Origin: Podarcis gaigeae
Taxonomy: Eukaryota
Direction: 5' to 3' (one strand)
DNA length: 64,000 nt
Assembly (NCBI GenBank): GCA_964106915.2
Contig: OZ066919.1
The position numbers and the translations under genes were made by a program. The notes under the pieces were generated by a model, which had not been told where the DNA came from, did no database searches, and was given only the letters and a program-made list of their open reading frames with translations. Positions 62,357-64,000 of the stretch are shown here, piece by piece; the first letter of the stretch is position 1, and every line of letters begins with the position of its first letter.

Positions 62357-63106
62357 TTTTGTTGTTTTGTCGTTTAGTCTTGTCCGACTCTTCGTGACCC
62401 CATGGACCACTGCCTCCCACAGTTTGGTCAAACTCATGCTGGTAGCTTTGAGAACACTGTCCAACCATGTCGTCCCCTTCTCCTTGTGCCCTCCATCTTT
62501 CCCAACATCAAGGTCTTTTCCAGGGAGTCTTCTCTTCTCATGAGGTGGCCAAAGTATTGGAGCTTCAGCTTCAGGATCTGTCCTTCCAGTAAGCACTCAG
62601 GGCTGATTTCCTTAAGAATGGACAGGTTTGATCTTGCAGTCCATGGGACTCTCAAGAGTCTCCTCCAGCACCATAATTCAAAAGCATCAATTCTTCAGTG
62701 ATCAGCCTTCTTTATGGTCCAGCTCTCACTTCCATACATCACTACTGGGAAAACCATAGCTTTAACTATACAGGCCTTTGTTGGCAAGGTGATGTCTCTG
62801 CTTTTTAAGATGCTGTCTACATTTATCATCGCTTTTCTCCCAAGAAGCAGGCGTCTTTTAATTTCATGACTGCTGTCACCATCTGCAGTGATCATGGAGC
62901 CCAAGAAAGTAAAATCTCTCACTGCCTCCATTTCTTCCCCTTCTTTTTGCCAGGAGGTGATGGGCCCAGTGGCCATGATCTTAGTTTATTTGATGTTGAG
63001 CTTCAGACCATATTTTGCGTTCTCCTCTTTCACCCTCATTAAAAGGTTTTTTAATTCCTCCTCACTTTCTGCCATCAAGGTTGTGTCATCTGCATATCTG
63101 AGGTTT
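62357..63106 (-). mobile_element. Bov-B (RTE clade) LINE, 5'-truncated and inactive
   Basis: Minus strand encodes NLRYADDTTLMAESEEELK...LKLNIK*TKIMATGPITSW...SHEIKRRLLLGRKAM...LKLKLQYFGHLMRREDSLEKTLMLGK, with an in-frame stop and a frameshift. Bov-B 3' end (GTCACGAAGAGTCGGAC) present. TSD actagggctt at 62347-62356 and 63107-63116. Confidence 0.95.
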
Positions 63107-64000
63107 ACTAGGGCTTACTCCCTAGTAAAACTGAGTAGAACTGCAGCCGTAACCCATGATTCCAAGCCAAAATATTTATTGCTCCACTAACTTTTTTTTT
63201 TTGAGATTCAGAATGGAATTCTGTTTTGTTTTTGCTTTATGCTTGAACCTTGCCCTTAAGCTTCTCTGCCTTTAAACTCTTACCTTTATCTGCCATGCTG
63301 CTGTTCGACATTACTTTTAATTATGATCTGAACATCTGATGCATGGAAGGAACCCAGGCTTGTAGTTCCACCTTGTGGCTGTTGTACAGCATTAAGCAAA
63401 AACATCAAGGATGCTTCTGTCTTCCTCTGGTGCTTTGATCCGAAGCTATTTTTCAGAAGCACTTTTGACGCTGATTGTTATATTAAAACTACACACTGCA
63501 ATGAAAGTCCTTCTAATGTGCTGATTGAGGAGGTAGGGGAGGTTTTCCCGCAATTGTATAAGAGGTTACTCCAGCACGTTCCCTGACTTCCAGGTCAGTT
63601 TGTCAGGTACAATAGCCTGGAAGTGGATGGAAGGGAGAGAGGAAGCTCATGCTTCAGCCAGGCATACAGAACTTCTGTGCATAGCACATCTCTTTGCCAT
63701 AAGAAGATTCTACTGAAGCTTTTCCATAAAACAATACAATAAAAAAAACTAATCCAAAGGAAAACAATAACAAAGGAAAGGAAAAAAGAAAATGCAAAGT
63801 CCTCTCAAAGGTAGATCTTAAACCCTTCGTCTCACACAGAAAGGAATGGAGCCATCATCACCTTCATGTTTGTATCATCCCAACAGTGACCCAGCCTAAA
63901 GGAGACACACACATAAGCAAAGAAAGAAGATAAAAAGAATTAAAGAAGAGATGAAAAAAGAGCGAGAGAAATAAAAGGGACTTCTGATTCTCCATCCATC

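Overview
Eukaryotic (vertebrate) genomic DNA, almost certainly from a squamate. The Sauria SINE, Squam3-like SINE and Bov-B content points to a lacertid-type lizard. The window holds one complete protein-coding gene on the + strand, PRKACB (PKA catalytic subunit beta). It has a CpG-island promoter, 10 coding exons (7124-57554; 1056 nt, 351 aa, all GT-AG introns) and a ~3 kb 3' UTR. Two alternative first exons are present, Cbeta2 (28155-28341) and the short Cbeta4-type exon (33342-33348). The rest is intronic or intergenic DNA rich in SINEs, LINE fragments (L2, RTE, Bov-B) and hAT and Tc1/mariner MITEs. The most striking non-genic signal is a set of Penelope-like-element termini carrying minimal hammerhead ribozyme motifs, arranged as fold-back inverted repeats. 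One is a perfect, spacer-less 496-bp palindrome in PRKACB intron 1 that places a sense hammerhead and its exact antisense in the same pre-mRNA. Another carries an intact hammerhead about 1.1 kb upstream of the start codon. Hammerheads in Penelope-like elements are known biology; their configuration here and any effect on PRKACB are inference. Other candidates are a possible extra 5' exon or microexon encoding an RRKS PKA site, a 32-bp exact repeat bracketing the promoter, an inverted SINE pair around in-frame exons 4-7 and a pre-miRNA-like hairpin. Most ORFs in the six-frame track are spurious. Repeat family names come from recognition by eye, not from a database search.
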